Shown: positions 28,103-40,466, counted from the first letter of the stretch. The stretch: 64,000 nt of DNA from Acidimicrobiia bacterium (GCA_046484625.1 JAWOIO010000192.1:1979-65978); one strand, 5' to 3'. The notes: a model not told the origin generated them from the letters alone. A program made the numbers and translations.

Positions 28103-29187
28103 GGGGCTCCGCTCTCGTCGAGCGCGCCGCGCAAGGCGGCGAGCATCCGATCGTCTTCGTCGGGCGTCCCGACGGTGATGCGCAGACAGTCGTCGAGCCG
28201 CGGCCATCGGCTGAAGTCGCGGACCAGCACGCCGTGCGCGACCAGCCGGTCCCACACGGCACGTCCGTCGCCGTCGAGGCGTACGAGGACGAAGTTCGCC
28301 CCGGACGGGTAGACGGTGAGCCCGGGCAACCGGTGCAGCTCTTCGACGAGGCGCGTGCGCTCGGCGACGAGGGTCTCGACCCGGCTTCGCATCTCCACAT
28401 CGAAGCGGAGTGCCGTGAGGCCGGCGAGCTGGGTCGGGGCCGACAGGTGGTACGGGAGGACGACCTTCTCGAGCTCCGCGATCACCGACGTCGGACCCAC
28501 GGCGAAGCCGAGGCGCACGGCTGCGAGCGACCACACCTTCGAGTAGGTGCGCACGACGACCAACGGGACGTCGTCGGCGACGAGCTCGAGCGCGCTCCAG
28601 TCGGAGAACTCGCCGTACGCCTCGTCGACGACGAGGAGCCCCGGACCGTGGTCGATCACGGAGGTCAGGAGCGCCTCGACGGTCGCTCGGGGAGAGGTCG
28701 TCCCCGTCGGGTTGTTCGGACTGCACAGCAGGACGACGGACGGCCGCTCGGCCCCGATGAGGATCCCGGCCTCCGTCGGGGAGACCGAGAAGTCGCTGGC
28801 ACGCTCACCCACGACGACGGTCGTCCCGGTGATGCGGGCGATGTGACTGTGCAGGGCGTAGGTCGGCTCGAACACGGCGACGCGTCGGCCGGCACCGCCG
28901 TAGGTGAGCAGCACGGTCTGCAGGACCTCGTTGGACCCGTTGGCGCAGAAGACCCGCTCGGGCGGGTGACCGAGTGTCGCGCCCATCGCTCTCCTGAGGT
29001 CGGTTGCAGCCCGGTCGGGGTAACGGTGCAGGGGGATCGTGCGCTGGGCCTCGACCCAGGCGTCGAGGAACGCCGGCGGTGGCGGGTAGGGGCTCTCGTT
29101 GGTGTTGAGGCGCACCTCCACGTCGAGCTGCGGAGAGTGGTATCCGGACAGCTCCGTGAGGTCGGCCCTCGGCTGCGGGAGGCTCAT
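28099..29187 (-). CDS. hisC: Histidinol-phosphate aminotransferase
   Basis: Internal ATG (MSLPQPRADL...). LNTNESPYPP, CSPNNPTG, RTYSKVWSLA (PLP Lys). ATGA overlap with hisD. Confidence 0.9.
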   Translation of the reverse strand: MSLPQPRADLTELSGYHSPQLDVEVRLNTNESPYPPPPAFLDAWVEAQRTIPLHRYPDRAATDLRRAMGATLGHPPERVFCANGSNEVLQTVLLTYGGAGRRVAVFEPTYALHSHIARITGTTVVVGERASDFSVSPTEAGILIGAERPSVVLLCSPNNPTGTTSPRATVEALLTSVIDHGPGLLVVDEAYGEFSDWSALELVADDVPLVVVRTYSKVWSLAAVRLGFAVGPTSVIAELEKVVLPYHLSAPTQLAGLTALRFDVEMRSRVETLVAERTRLVEELHRLPGLTVYPSGANFVLVRLDGDGRAVWDRLVAHGVLVRDFSRWPRLDDCLRITVGTPDEDDRMLAALRGALDESGAP

Positions 29188-30512
29188 GACCCCTCCTGGG
29201 GATTGGGCGCCGTCCTGAGCGCGATGGATCGGGCGTGCTCGACGAGCCCTTCCGCGATCGCAAGTGTCCGCACGTACGGCCCGACCCGCGCGAGCCCTGG
29301 CGCGTCCAGGGTCACGATGTGGATGTGCTTGCGGAAGTCGTCGACGCGCAATGCGCTCGCGAAGCGTGCCGTCCGACCGGTGGGCAGCACGTGGTTCGCG
29401 CCCGCGACGTAGTCGCCGACCGCGACCGGAGCCCATTCCCCACAGAAGACCGCACCGGCGTTGCGCACCGCCGGGACGAGTGCCTCCGGTCCAGCGGTCA
29501 TCAGCTGGAGATGCTCGGGCGCGAGGACGTTGACGACGGCCATCGCCTGCTCGGCGTCGTCGACGAGCACCGTCCGACCGGTCTGTGTGAGCGTCGACTC
29601 GAGGTCAGGCCGACCAGCCGAGTCCGCCAACAGGGTCGCGATCTGGGCGTCGACCGCGTCGGCGACGGCGGGCTCCCACGTGACCAGCACCGCGGCTCCG
29701 TCGGGCCCGTGCTCGGCCTGGGCGAGCAGGTCCACGCCCACCAGCCGCGCGCCGACCGTCCCGTCGGCCACGATCACCACCTCCGACGGCCCGGCGAGCG
29801 ACTCGATGCCGACGATCCCCGCAACCTCGCGCTTGGCGGCCGCGACGTACGCGTTCCCGGGGCCCACGATCACGTCCACCGGACGGATCGACTCGGTCCC
29901 GTACGCGAGCGCGCCGATCGCCTGCGCCCCCCCGACCCGGTACACCTCGTCGACACCGGCGATCGCCGCCGCCGCGAGCGCGGCCGTGGGAACCGCGCCG
30001 TCGGGGCCCGGCGGCACACAGAGCGCGATCTCGGGGACGCCCGCAACCCGCGCCGGCACGGCCGTCATGAGCACCGACGATGGGTAGCTCGCCCTCCCAC
30101 CCGGCGCGTAGCAGCCCGCGCGATCGACCGGGACCACCACCTCGCGCAGAGCGATCCCATCCCCCTCCATCCGCACCTCGACCGTCGTCTGGAGCCGGTG
30201 GTACGCGACGATCTCGCCGTGCGCGTACTCGAGCGCCTCTCGGAGGTCGGTCGGGATGCGCTCGAGCGCCGCCCGGACCACCTCGTTCGGGACCCGGACC
30301 GTGTCGATGCGACACCCGTCGAAGCGCTCAGTGAGCTCCACGAGGGCCCGGTCCCCGTCGCGCCGCACCGCATCGAGCACGTCGCGCACGGCGGCACGGA
30401 CTTCGGCGTCGTTCGACGAGCCGCTGCCCGAGTCGTGCCGGGCCAGGGCCGCGGCGAGATCGCCGTCGAAGCCGCGAAGGTCGAGTCGCGAGAGCATGGG
30501 AGGCGCGCTCAT
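29184..30512 (-). CDS. hisD: Histidinol dehydrogenase
   Basis: Start ATG 30512 or 30497. GGAQAIGALAYGT, AGPSEV, QAEHGPD, APEHL, GDY.AG.NHVLPT. Confidence 0.9.
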   Translation of the reverse strand: MSAPPMLSRLDLRGFDGDLAAALARHDSGSGSSNDAEVRAAVRDVLDAVRRDGDRALVELTERFDGCRIDTVRVPNEVVRAALERIPTDLREALEYAHGEIVAYHRLQTTVEVRMEGDGIALREVVVPVDRAGCYAPGGRASYPSSVLMTAVPARVAGVPEIALCVPPGPDGAVPTAALAAAAIAGVDEVYRVGGAQAIGALAYGTESIRPVDVIVGPGNAYVAAAKREVAGIVGIESLAGPSEVVIVADGTVGARLVGVDLLAQAEHGPDGAAVLVTWEPAVADAVDAQIATLLADSAGRPDLESTLTQTGRTVLVDDAEQAMAVVNVLAPEHLQLMTAGPEALVPAVRNAGAVFCGEWAPVAVGDYVAGANHVLPTGRTARFASALRVDDFRKHIHIVTLDAPGLARVGPYVRTLAIAEGLVEHARSIALRTAPNPQEGS

Positions 30513-30581
30513 CGTACCCGTGGCGACGCCGGATCCAGGTTCGAATTGCCCCGCGCGCCTTCGTGGGTCAGGCTCGCGCGC

Positions 30582-30782
30582 GTGAGCGACTCCGATCTCG
30601 CCGAGCTCTCGACCCTGCGGTCGCAGATCGAGGAGCTCACACGCCGAGTCCTCTCCGTCGCGATGCGCTACGACGACTCGCCCGACTCGGCGATCGCCGC
30701 CGACCTGTTCGCCGTCGAGCGGTCGTTGCTCTCGGCCCGTCGATCCCTCGATCGGGCCGGAGCGCACCTCACCCAGAGCTGA
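30582..30782 (+). CDS. Small helical hypothetical protein (66 aa)
   Basis: The tail of track ORF 29235..30782 has normal composition (VSDSDLAELSTLRSQIEELTRRVLS...), unlike the antisense part over hisD. GTG start. Divergent from hisD. Confidence 0.4.
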   Translation: MSDSDLAELSTLRSQIEELTRRVLSVAMRYDDSPDSAIAADLFAVERSLLSARRSLDRAGAHLTQS

Positions 30783-30800
30783 CCCGCGCCGCTCGACCGT

Positions 30801-31454
30801 TCACACCTTGAAGGCCGACGGACACGTGTCCGCGAGCATGCAGTCGCCGCAGCGGGGCTTGCGCGCCGCGCACACCGCCCGCCCGTGCAGGATCATCCGG
30901 AGTGAGAACGCGCCCCGCTCCTCGGCCGGCACCAGGTCGTTCAGGTCGCGCTCGGCTCTCACCGCGTCGGTCTCACTGGTGAGACGGAGCAAACGCGCGA
31001 TCCGTCCGACGTGGGTGTCGACGGGGAGCCCCGGGAGGCCGAATGCCACGGACCGGATCACATTCGCGGTCTTGCGGCCGACGCCCGGCAACGAGACCAG
31101 GTCGGCGAGCTCCCGCGGGACCTCCCCGGCGAAGCGCTCCTCGAGGCCATGGGCCATGCCGAGCAGGTTCTTGGCCTTCGACCGGAAGAAGCCCGTCGAG
31201 TGGATCAGCTGCTCGAGCTCCTCGGGGTCGGCGTCGGCGAGATCAGCCGCGTTCGGGTAGCGCGCGAAGAGCTCGGGCGTCACCCGGTTGACCATCTCGT
31301 CGGTGCACTGCGCCGAGAGGATCGTCGCGACCAGCAGCTGGAACGGGGAGCCGTGCTCCAGCGCGCAGAGGTCGACCGCCGTCCCCGGGTACTCGGCGGC
31401 AAGGCGCTCGCGCACCGTGTCAGCCCGCGCCCGGGCTCCTCGGGGCTTGGCCAT
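30801..31454 (-). CDS. nth: Endonuclease III
   Basis: HhH-GPD LPGVGRKTANV, catalytic DTHV, C-terminal 4Fe-4S cluster C-x6-C-x2-C-x5-C. Confidence 0.95.
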   Translation of the reverse strand: MAKPRGARARADTVRERLAAEYPGTAVDLCALEHGSPFQLLVATILSAQCTDEMVNRVTPELFARYPNAADLADADPEELEQLIHSTGFFRSKAKNLLGMAHGLEERFAGEVPRELADLVSLPGVGRKTANVIRSVAFGLPGLPVDTHVGRIARLLRLTSETDAVRAERDLNDLVPAEERGAFSLRMILHGRAVCAARKPRCGDCMLADTCPSAFKV

Positions 31455-31554
31455 CCGGGCACCCTAACGAACGCCTGGCGATCGGCTGCCCGAACCCGCG
31501 GCCGAGCACACCCACGGCGGCGGCACCGCATCAGACGGCCGGTAGCCTCGACGC

Positions 31555-32472
31555 GTGACCGAGCAGCAGATCCACCGCCCGGTCGACGACGACACCCTCG
31601 CCGCGCTCCGCGACTTCACGACGTCGGTCGGGAGCACGCTCGGTTACCCGGCCGTGGGCGACCGCGTGTGGCGCGACCATGCCGCCACGCCCGCCGACTC
31701 CGCGATCGTCACCGCGACCGACGACGACGCGCTCGTAGGAGTCCTCCACCTCGGTGCCGCGGATGCCGACGGCGTCGTCACCGGGTCGCTCGTCGTCGCT
31801 CCGTCCTCGCGCGGCCGAGGCGTCGAGTCCGATCTCGTGCAGGTAGCGCTCGGCGACCTCCGCGGCGGCGGCTGCGTCCGTCTCGAGTACTGGGTCTTCG
31901 GCGACGCCGGCGACGCCGACTCCCCGTCGGGTCCGCCGGTGCGTGCGCTCCACGAGATGCGGGTGACGATCCCGCTCACGGGTGCCGACGCCGCACCGGC
32001 CTGGCCCGAAGGGACCCGGGTCCGACCGTTCGAGCCCGGCGCCGACGACGACGCCTGGCTGGCGGTCAACGACCGCGCGTTCGCCCACGACCCCGACCAG
32101 GGCGGGTGGACTCCCGACGTGCTCCGCCAGCGGGTCGCGGAACCGTGGTTCGACCCCGCCGGCTTCCTCCTCGTCGAGGACGCCGAAGGGCTCGCCGGGT
32201 TCTGCTGGACCAAGGTGCACCCGCCCACGCCGCCGTTCGACCCCGAGCCCGTCGGCGAGATCTACGTGATCGCGGTCGACCCCGGTCGCCAGGGCACGGG
32301 GCTCGGGCGCGCGCTCGTGGTCGCGGGCCTGGAGTGGTTGGCCGGGCAGGGCATCACGACCGGGATGCTGTTCGTCGACGCGGGGAATGCGCCCGCGGTC
32401 GCGTTGTACGAGGCGCTCGGGTTCGTCGCGACCCGGACCGACCGCCTGTTCGCACGCGCGGTGGGGGGCTGA
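31555..32472 (+). CDS. mshD: Mycothiol synthase (mycothiol acetyltransferase) MshD
   Basis: Two GNAT halves. WLAVNDRAFAHDPDQGGWT, EPWFDPAGFLL, GEIYVIAVDP..QG.GLGRAL, LFVDA.N..A..LYE.LGF. Confidence 0.85.
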   Translation: MTEQQIHRPVDDDTLAALRDFTTSVGSTLGYPAVGDRVWRDHAATPADSAIVTATDDDALVGVLHLGAADADGVVTGSLVVAPSSRGRGVESDLVQVALGDLRGGGCVRLEYWVFGDAGDADSPSGPPVRALHEMRVTIPLTGADAAPAWPEGTRVRPFEPGADDDAWLAVNDRAFAHDPDQGGWTPDVLRQRVAEPWFDPAGFLLVEDAEGLAGFCWTKVHPPTPPFDPEPVGEIYVIAVDPGRQGTGLGRALVVAGLEWLAGQGITTGMLFVDAGNAPAVALYEALGFVATRTDRLFARAVGG

Positions 32473-32477
32473 CCGCG

Positions 32478-33542
32478 ATGAGCCACTCGCGCTACGGCAT
32501 CTCACACGACGAGCTCGAGGCGCTCGTCGCAGAGCTCGGCGAGCCTCGGTACCGCGCCGACCAGGTCTGGAGCGCGCTGTACCGGCCGATCCCGATCGAG
32601 GACGAGACCGCGCTCCCCCGCTCGCTGCGCACCCGTCTCGCCGAGGCGCTCCCGCTCGGCCTCGCCTCGGTGGTGGAGGCGACGTCGTCGGACGAGCTCA
32701 CCACGAAGTGGCTCTTCGCCGCCGGTGCCGACTCCGCCCAGGTCGAGACCGTGCTCATGCGTTCGGCCGATCGCGCGAGCGTGTGCGTCTCGTCGCAGGC
32801 GGGCTGCGCGATGGGGTGCACGTTCTGCGCGACCGGTCAGGCGGGGCTGGAGCGCCACCTCGACGTGGGCGAGATCGTGGAGCAGGCGGTGCGCGCGGCC
32901 CTGGCGTCGCCCCAACGGGTCACGAACGTGGTCTTCATGGGGATGGGCGAACCGCTCGCGAACTACGACCCCGTGTGGGCGGCGGTGGAGCGCATCCACG
33001 GCGCGCTCGGCTTGTCGGCCCGGAAGATCACGATCAGCACCGTCGGCGTCGTCCCCGGGATGCGTCGCCTCGCCGAAGAGGACCTCCCGGTGACGCTCGC
33101 GGTGTCGCTGCACGCACCGAACGACGAACTGCGCTCGCAGCTCGTGCCCCTCAACCGCCGCTACCCGATCGCCGACATCCTCGACGCCGCTGCCGAGGTC
33201 GCCGGATCCCGCGGTCGGCGGGTCACGTTCGAGTACGCGTGCATCGCCGGCACCAACGACTCACCGGCCCTGGGGCGCTCCCTCGGACGCCTGCTCCGCG
33301 CCTGGCCGGGCGTCGGCGGTGCTCACGTGAACCTCATCCCCCTCAACTCCACCGACGAGTTCGGCGGTCGCGCCGCGTCGCCGAGACGTATCAAGGACTT
33401 CGCGGCCGAGCTCGAGGCCGCCGGTGTCAGAACGACGGTACGGCGCAACCGGGGCGTCGACATCGATGCCGCGTGTGGCCAGCTGCGCACTCGGCACCTG
33501 GCACCGGATCCGGTGGCCCGTTCGACCACAATGGACGAGTGA
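32478..33542 (+). CDS. rlmN: 23S rRNA/tRNA A2503/A37 C2-methyltransferase RlmN (radical SAM)
   Basis: Internal ATG. RADQVW, CVSSQAGCAMGCTFCATG, MGMGEPL.N, ISTVG, CGQL. Confidence 0.9.
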   Translation: MSHSRYGISHDELEALVAELGEPRYRADQVWSALYRPIPIEDETALPRSLRTRLAEALPLGLASVVEATSSDELTTKWLFAAGADSAQVETVLMRSADRASVCVSSQAGCAMGCTFCATGQAGLERHLDVGEIVEQAVRAALASPQRVTNVVFMGMGEPLANYDPVWAAVERIHGALGLSARKITISTVGVVPGMRRLAEEDLPVTLAVSLHAPNDELRSQLVPLNRRYPIADILDAAAEVAGSRGRRVTFEYACIAGTNDSPALGRSLGRLLRAWPGVGGAHVNLIPLNSTDEFGGRAASPRRIKDFAAELEAAGVRTTVRRNRGVDIDAACGQLRTRHLAPDPVARSTTMDE

Positions 33543-33898
33543 ACGAGCGCCGGTTCCTCAACCAGTTCCAGCCGCAGACCCTCGTGATCGGCACGATGCT
33601 GTGCTACCTCGACGCCGCGTTCGGGCTCCTGTTCGGCATCGTGTCGAGCTCGCTGCTCCTCGGGCTGATCACCATCGTCGGGCTCGCCGCCGGCGGCTAC
33701 GGGATCGCGAACGAGAAGCGCTGGGGCTATCTCGTCGCGGTCGGTTCCGCGTGCCTCCAGGTCCTGATGCTGATCGCGGTTGCCGGCAGCGACGTGCTCG
33801 GCTTCCCGCTGATCCTCACCTTCGTCTTCGACGGTGCACTCGTCGCCCTGCTGCTGCACCCCGAGAGTCGCGAGTACCAGCGCATCTGGTTCCGCTGA
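33539..33898 (+). CDS. Small integral membrane protein (about 4 TM)
   Basis: GTG overlapping the rlmN stop (GTGA). Hydrophobic segments throughout. 119 aa. Confidence 0.6.
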   Translation: MNERRFLNQFQPQTLVIGTMLCYLDAAFGLLFGIVSSSLLLGLITIVGLAAGGYGIANEKRWGYLVAVGSACLQVLMLIAVAGSDVLGFPLILTFVFDGALVALLLHPESREYQRIWFR

Positions 33899-33906
33899 GT
33901 CGCCCG

Positions 33907-35487
33907 ATGACGCGCAGTGCCGACGCCCTCGTCGCCGACCTCGAGGCCCGGCTCCGCCCGGTCGAGATCGAGCTCGCAGAAGCCTGGTGGGAGTCCAACA
34001 CCCGGTCCTCCCCCGCGGCCGAGGCGCGTCGGACGGCAGCCGACCTGGCCCGTCGGACGGCGCTCTCGGACCCAACTGCGTTTGCCGAGCTCGCCGAAGC
34101 GCGCGCCTCGTCGATCGACGACCCTCAGGTGCGCCGGCAGGTGGAGGTGCTGCACGACCTCCTCCTCCCGCATCAGGTCCCGGAGGACCTCCGACGCGCG
34201 ATGGTCGAGCTCGAGACCCGCGTGGAAGCCACGTTCAACACGTTCCGGGGCGAGCTCGACGGCGCCCGGGTCGACGACAACGCGATCCTCGAGATCCTGC
34301 GCACGAGCGACGACGCCGCGCTCCGGCGACGCGCCTGGGAGACGAGCAAGCAGGTAGGAGCCGCGGTGGCCGACGATGTCCGCACCCTCGCCCGGCTCCG
34401 GAACGAAGCCGCCCGGACGCTCGGCTACCGCGACCACTTCGCGCTCTCTCTCGCCACCGACGAGCTCGACGAGGACCGCCTCTTCGCGACACTTGCCGAG
34501 GTCGACGCGCACACTGCCGACGCGTTCGCGGAGTGGAAGCACGTCCTCGACGCCACGCTCGCAGCACGGTTCGGCTGCGCGGTCGGCGACCTCCGCCCAT
34601 GGCACCTCGACGATCCGTTCTTCCAGGACCCGCCCGTCGCCGGATCCGTCGACCTCGACCCCCTGTTCGAGGCCGTCGACCTCGAGGCGATCACGCTCGC
34701 GACCTACGACGGCATCGGCCTCGACGTGCGGCCCGTCCTCGAACGCAGCGACCTGTACGCACGGGAGGGCAAGAGCCAGCACGCGTTCTGCATCGACATC
34801 GACCGCACCGGGGACGTGCGCGTCCTCTGCAACATCGAGCGCAACGAGCGTTGGGCCGACACGATGCTGCACGAGTTCGGGCACGCGATCTACGACCGCG
34901 AGGTCAGCACCGACCTCCCCTGGCTCCTGCGCGGCCCCGCGCACGCACTCACGACCGAGGGCGTTGCGATGCTCTTCGGTCGACTCGTCCGCGACCCGCA
35001 GTGGCTGGGCGGGGTCGCCGGGGTGCTTCCGGACTCGCTGGCCGGTGTCGCCGACGCGCTTGCCGGCGCTCGACGGAGCGCGCTGCTCGTCTTCGCGAGG
35101 TGGGTCCTCGTCATGACCCACTTCGAGCAGCGGCTCTACGCCGATCCCGACGGCGACCTCGACGGGATCTGGTGGGAGCTCGTCGAGCGGTTCCAGCTCG
35201 TCCGCCGACCCGACGGGCGTGCAGCACCCGACTGGGCCGCCAAGGTCCACCTGGCGGTCGCGCCCGTCTACTACCAGAACTACCTCTACGGAGAGCTCGT
35301 CGCGTCGCAGCTCTCGGCCGCGCTCACGAAACGAGCGGGCGGGATCGTGGATCGCCCCGAGGCCGGTCGTTGGCTCGCAGAGGCGTTCTTCTCGGGAGGC
35401 GCCACCCTCCGGTGGGACGACCTCGTCACGGCGGCAACTGGCGAGCCACTGACCGCACGGCACCTCGCCGCCGAGCTGGGCGCCTGA
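33907..35487 (+). CDS. Zinc metallopeptidase, M3/M2-clan (HEFGH)
   Basis: Internal ATG (MTRSADALVADLE...). MLHEFGHAIYD zinc motif. 526 aa helical protein with oligoendopeptidase-like layout. Confidence 0.7.
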   Translation: MTRSADALVADLEARLRPVEIELAEAWWESNTRSSPAAEARRTAADLARRTALSDPTAFAELAEARASSIDDPQVRRQVEVLHDLLLPHQVPEDLRRAMVELETRVEATFNTFRGELDGARVDDNAILEILRTSDDAALRRRAWETSKQVGAAVADDVRTLARLRNEAARTLGYRDHFALSLATDELDEDRLFATLAEVDAHTADAFAEWKHVLDATLAARFGCAVGDLRPWHLDDPFFQDPPVAGSVDLDPLFEAVDLEAITLATYDGIGLDVRPVLERSDLYAREGKSQHAFCIDIDRTGDVRVLCNIERNERWADTMLHEFGHAIYDREVSTDLPWLLRGPAHALTTEGVAMLFGRLVRDPQWLGGVAGVLPDSLAGVADALAGARRSALLVFARWVLVMTHFEQRLYADPDGDLDGIWWELVERFQLVRRPDGRAAPDWAAKVHLAVAPVYYQNYLYGELVASQLSAALTKRAGGIVDRPEAGRWLAEAFFSGGATLRWDDLVTAATGEPLTARHLAAELGA

Positions 35488-35499
35488 GGGGTCCGGGCC

Positions 35500-36684
35500 A
35501 TGTGTGACACGTTGTGCCTGATCGGCGGCGGGAGGACCTTGTTCGCGAAGAACTCCAACCGTCCCCAGGACGAGACCCAGGTCGTCGAGCGACACCCGCG
35601 CCGCGCCACTGGTGGCTCGCTCCGCACGACCCACATCGAGATCGAGGACGCCGGCGCGCACGCGCTGATCGGCTCGCGCCTGGCCTGGATGTGGGGGTTC
35701 GAGCACGGCGTGAACGAGCACGGTGTCGCCATCGGGAACGAACGGATCTTCACGGTGGCCGACCCGTTGGCCGCGGCACCCGGCTTGACGGGGATGGACC
35801 TCGTGCGACTCGGGCTGGAGCGCGCAACCAGTGCCGATGCCGCCCTCGACGTGATGACCGGGCTCATCGAACGCCACGGCCAGGGCGGTTCGGGCGCTGA
35901 GCACGCGAACGACCCGTACTGGTCGTCGTTCATCATCGCCGACCGGCACGGCGCATGGGTGCTGGAGACCTCCGATCGCGAATGGGTCGCGCAGTCGGTC
36001 ACCGGCGGCGCCGCGATCTCGAACCGGGTGACGCTCGGAACCGAGTGGACGCGTGGCTCGTCGGGGATCGCGCCCGGGGCCGACTGGTCGACGCGGCTGG
36101 ACCCGGGGGTGCCGACCGAGCCGTCCGACGTCCGCCTCGCGGTGACGGGCGCATGCGCGTCGGAGATGCCGACACGGACGGCGCCCGCCGACGTCGTGAC
36201 CGCGCTGCGCCACCACGGGTCCGGGTCCTGGGGTCGCCCCGGTGACGATCCGGCGAACGTCGACCCGCCCCCGCCGCCGGGTGCGCCCGGATGGGACGGC
36301 TTCACCGTCTGCTGGCACGTCCGCACCGTGGAGTCGACGATGAGCTCCATGATCGTGGAGCTGCCCGAGGATCCCGACGCACCGCTCCGGCACTGGATCG
36401 CCCTCGGGAGCCCCTGCGTGAGCATCTACGTCCCCGGCTTCGGGATGGAGACCGTCCCGCCGGCGCTGGCCGAACCCGCCACCTGGCAGCGGTTCGTCCG
36501 GCTGCGCGACCGTGTCGAGGCCGACGGTCGCGCACTCGCGGCGATCCGCGCCGAGCTGGGCCCCGTCGAGAATGAGCTCTGGGAGCAGGCCGAGGTGGTT
36601 GCCGGCGATCCAGCAGCGTGGTCGGGGTACTCCCACGCGGCATGGCGCTCCGTCGACGCCGCGCTCACCCGCGTCGGCGTCTGA
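35500..36684 (+). CDS. Peptidase C69 / secernin-like Ntn hydrolase
   Basis: N-terminal MCDT (Cys2 nucleophile), LFAKNSNRPQDETQVV, resembling secernin/dipeptidase A. Confidence 0.7.
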   Translation: MCDTLCLIGGGRTLFAKNSNRPQDETQVVERHPRRATGGSLRTTHIEIEDAGAHALIGSRLAWMWGFEHGVNEHGVAIGNERIFTVADPLAAAPGLTGMDLVRLGLERATSADAALDVMTGLIERHGQGGSGAEHANDPYWSSFIIADRHGAWVLETSDREWVAQSVTGGAAISNRVTLGTEWTRGSSGIAPGADWSTRLDPGVPTEPSDVRLAVTGACASEMPTRTAPADVVTALRHHGSGSWGRPGDDPANVDPPPPPGAPGWDGFTVCWHVRTVESTMSSMIVELPEDPDAPLRHWIALGSPCVSIYVPGFGMETVPPALAEPATWQRFVRLRDRVEADGRALAAIRAELGPVENELWEQAEVVAGDPAAWSGYSHAAWRSVDAALTRVGV

Positions 36685-36710
36685 CGCCCCCGCCAGGTAC
36701 GGTCCCCGAC

Positions 36711-38363
36711 GTGGAGTACAACCTCGCAGACCTGTTCGAGAAGGTCGTCGACACCGTGCCCGAACGTGAGGCGCTCGTGTGCGGCGATCGCCGGCTGACC
36801 TTCGCGGAGGTCGAAGCGCGCGCGAACCGCCTCGCCCACGCGTTCGCCGACCTCGGCGTGGGGGCCGGCGACCACGTGGCGCTCTACCTCCGCAACGGCA
36901 CCGAGTACCTCGAGGGCATGCTCGCCGCGTTCAAGCTGCGGGCCGTGCCCGTCAACGTCAACTTCCGCTACGTCGAAGACGAGCTGCGGTACCTCCTCGA
37001 CAACAGCGACGCCAAGGTGGTCCTCTTCGACCTGGAGTTCGCGCCCAAGCTCGCCCACCTGCGCACCGACCTCCCGGACCTTGCCGGGTACCTGGCGGTC
37101 GCGCCCCGCGGCAGTGCGAGCGTCGATCCCGACATCGCCGGCGCCATCGCCGCGCTCGGTGCCGTCGACTACGAGGACGCGCTCGCCGGCGCGTCACCGG
37201 CGCGCGACTTCGGGCCTCGGTCCGCCGACGACCTCTACATCCTGTACACCGGCGGGACCACGGGGATGCCCAAGGGCGTCATGTGGCGCCACGAGGACAT
37301 CTTCTTCGGCGCCTTCGGCGGCGGCGGGATCGGCGACCCGATCTCGACCCCCGAGGAGATCGCGGCCCGGGCCGAGGCCGGAACCACCCGCTGCTTCCCC
37401 GCGTGCCCGTTCATGCACGGCACGGCGCACTGGATGGCGTTCCAGTCCCTGCTCACCGGTGGCGCCGTCGTGATCGACACCGAGCACCACCTCGACCCCA
37501 CCCACGTCTGGGAGCTGGTCGCTCGGGAGCACGTCAACTTCCTCGTCATCGTCGGCGACGCGATGGGTCGCCCGCTCGTCGAGGCGATCGAGCACCTCGA
37601 CCCCGAGGTCGACCTGTCGGGCCTCACCATCTTGTTGTCGGGTGGGGCGATCCTGTCGCCGCCGGTCAAGCGCCAGCTCGCCGCTCGGCTGCCGTCCACG
37701 ATGGTGATCGACGGCATCGGCTCCTCGGAGGCCGGCGGGCAGGGCCAGATGCTCGCCACCAAGGACGGGGAGATCCCGTCGCAGCCGCGCTTCGCGATGG
37801 GGCCCCAGAACACCGTCCTGGACGACGACCTTCGCCCTGCCGCGCCCGGCGAGGTGGGGAAGCTGGCCCGGTCGGGTCACATCCCGCTCGGCTACTACAA
37901 GGACGAGGAGAAGTCGGCCACGACGTTCCCGGTCGTCGACGGGGTGCGCTGGTCGATCCCGGGCGACCACGCCCGCATCGAGTCCGACGGCACGATCACG
38001 GTGCTCGGCCGGGGCTCCGTGTCGATCAACACCGGCGGGGAGAAGGTCTACCCCGAAGAGGTCGAGGGAGCCCTGAAGTCGCACGACGACGTCTTCGACG
38101 CCGTGGTGGTCGGGGTACCCGACCAGCGATGGGGCGAGCGCGTCGTCGCGGTGATCCAACCTCGCGCCGGCGCGACCCCCACGCTCACCGACCTCGACGG
38201 GCACGTGCGCGAGCACATTGCGGGCTACAAGACGCCGCGCGACGTGGTGCTCGTGGACGCGGTCGTCCGGTCCCCGTCGGGGAAGCCCGACTACCGCTGG
38301 GCGAAGACGGTCGCGATGCAGCACGTCCTCCCGCGCGACCCCGACGCCGTTCCCGCGCCCTGA
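36711..38363 (+). CDS. AMP-dependent acyl-CoA synthetase/ligase (FadD-like)
   Basis: Internal GTG ([11 protein letters not shown]...). [15 protein letters not shown]-binding motif, [28 protein letters not shown]. Confidence 0.85.
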   Translation: MEYNLADLFEKVVDTVPEREALVCGDRRLTFAEVEARANRLAHAFADLGVGAGDHVALYLRNGTEYLEGMLAAFKLRAVPVNVNFRYVEDELRYLLDNSDAKVVLFDLEFAPKLAHLRTDLPDLAGYLAVAPRGSASVDPDIAGAIAALGAVDYEDALAGASPARDFGPRSADDLYILYTGGTTGMPKGVMWRHEDIFFGAFGGGGIGDPISTPEEIAARAEAGTTRCFPACPFMHGTAHWMAFQSLLTGGAVVIDTEHHLDPTHVWELVAREHVNFLVIVGDAMGRPLVEAIEHLDPEVDLSGLTILLSGGAILSPPVKRQLAARLPSTMVIDGIGSSEAGGQGQMLATKDGEIPSQPRFAMGPQNTVLDDDLRPAAPGEVGKLARSGHIPLGYYKDEEKSATTFPVVDGVRWSIPGDHARIESDGTITVLGRGSVSINTGGEKVYPEEVEGALKSHDDVFDAVVVGVPDQRWGERVVAVIQPRAGATPTLTDLDGHVREHIAGYKTPRDVVLVDAVVRSPSGKPDYRWAKTVAMQHVLPRDPDAVPAP

Positions 38364-38377
38364 GGGCGCGCGCCGCG

Positions 38378-40402
<2,025 letters not shown>

Positions 40403-40409
40403 CGCGACT

Positions 40410-40466
40410 CAGCGTTCTGGCGTCAGATCCTGCTGCTATGCAGCAACTACCGACGCAAGAACGCTG
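40410..40466. terminator. 57-nt imperfect hairpin between convergent genes
   Basis: 27-nt arms pairing 9+5+6 bp (CAGCGTTCT..GCGTC..TGCTGC / GCAGCA..GACGC..AGAACGCTG), loop TAT. Confidence 0.55.

Noticed and set aside
29235-30581. Long plus-strand ORF (track 29235..30782) covering hisD antisense.
   Set aside because: Only the last 66 codons (from GTG 30582), which lie outside hisD, have protein-like composition. The rest is an antisense artefact.
33727-36636. 969-aa ORF on the minus strand, the second-longest ORF in the six-frame track.
   Set aside because: It runs antisense through two well-supported plus-strand peptidase genes (HEFGH metallopeptidase and C69/secernin-like). Its composition is dominated by Arg/Gly/Pro/Ala/Val and it has no recognisable motifs. 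This is a typical stop-poor antisense frame in a high-GC genome.
36779-38377. 533-codon N-terminal extension of the YyaL-like ORF (track ORF 36779..40402).
   Set aside because: It overlaps the acyl-CoA ligase gene out of frame and has extreme Arg/Pro/Gly content. The conserved YyaL N-terminus ([16 protein letters not shown]) begins at ATG 38378.
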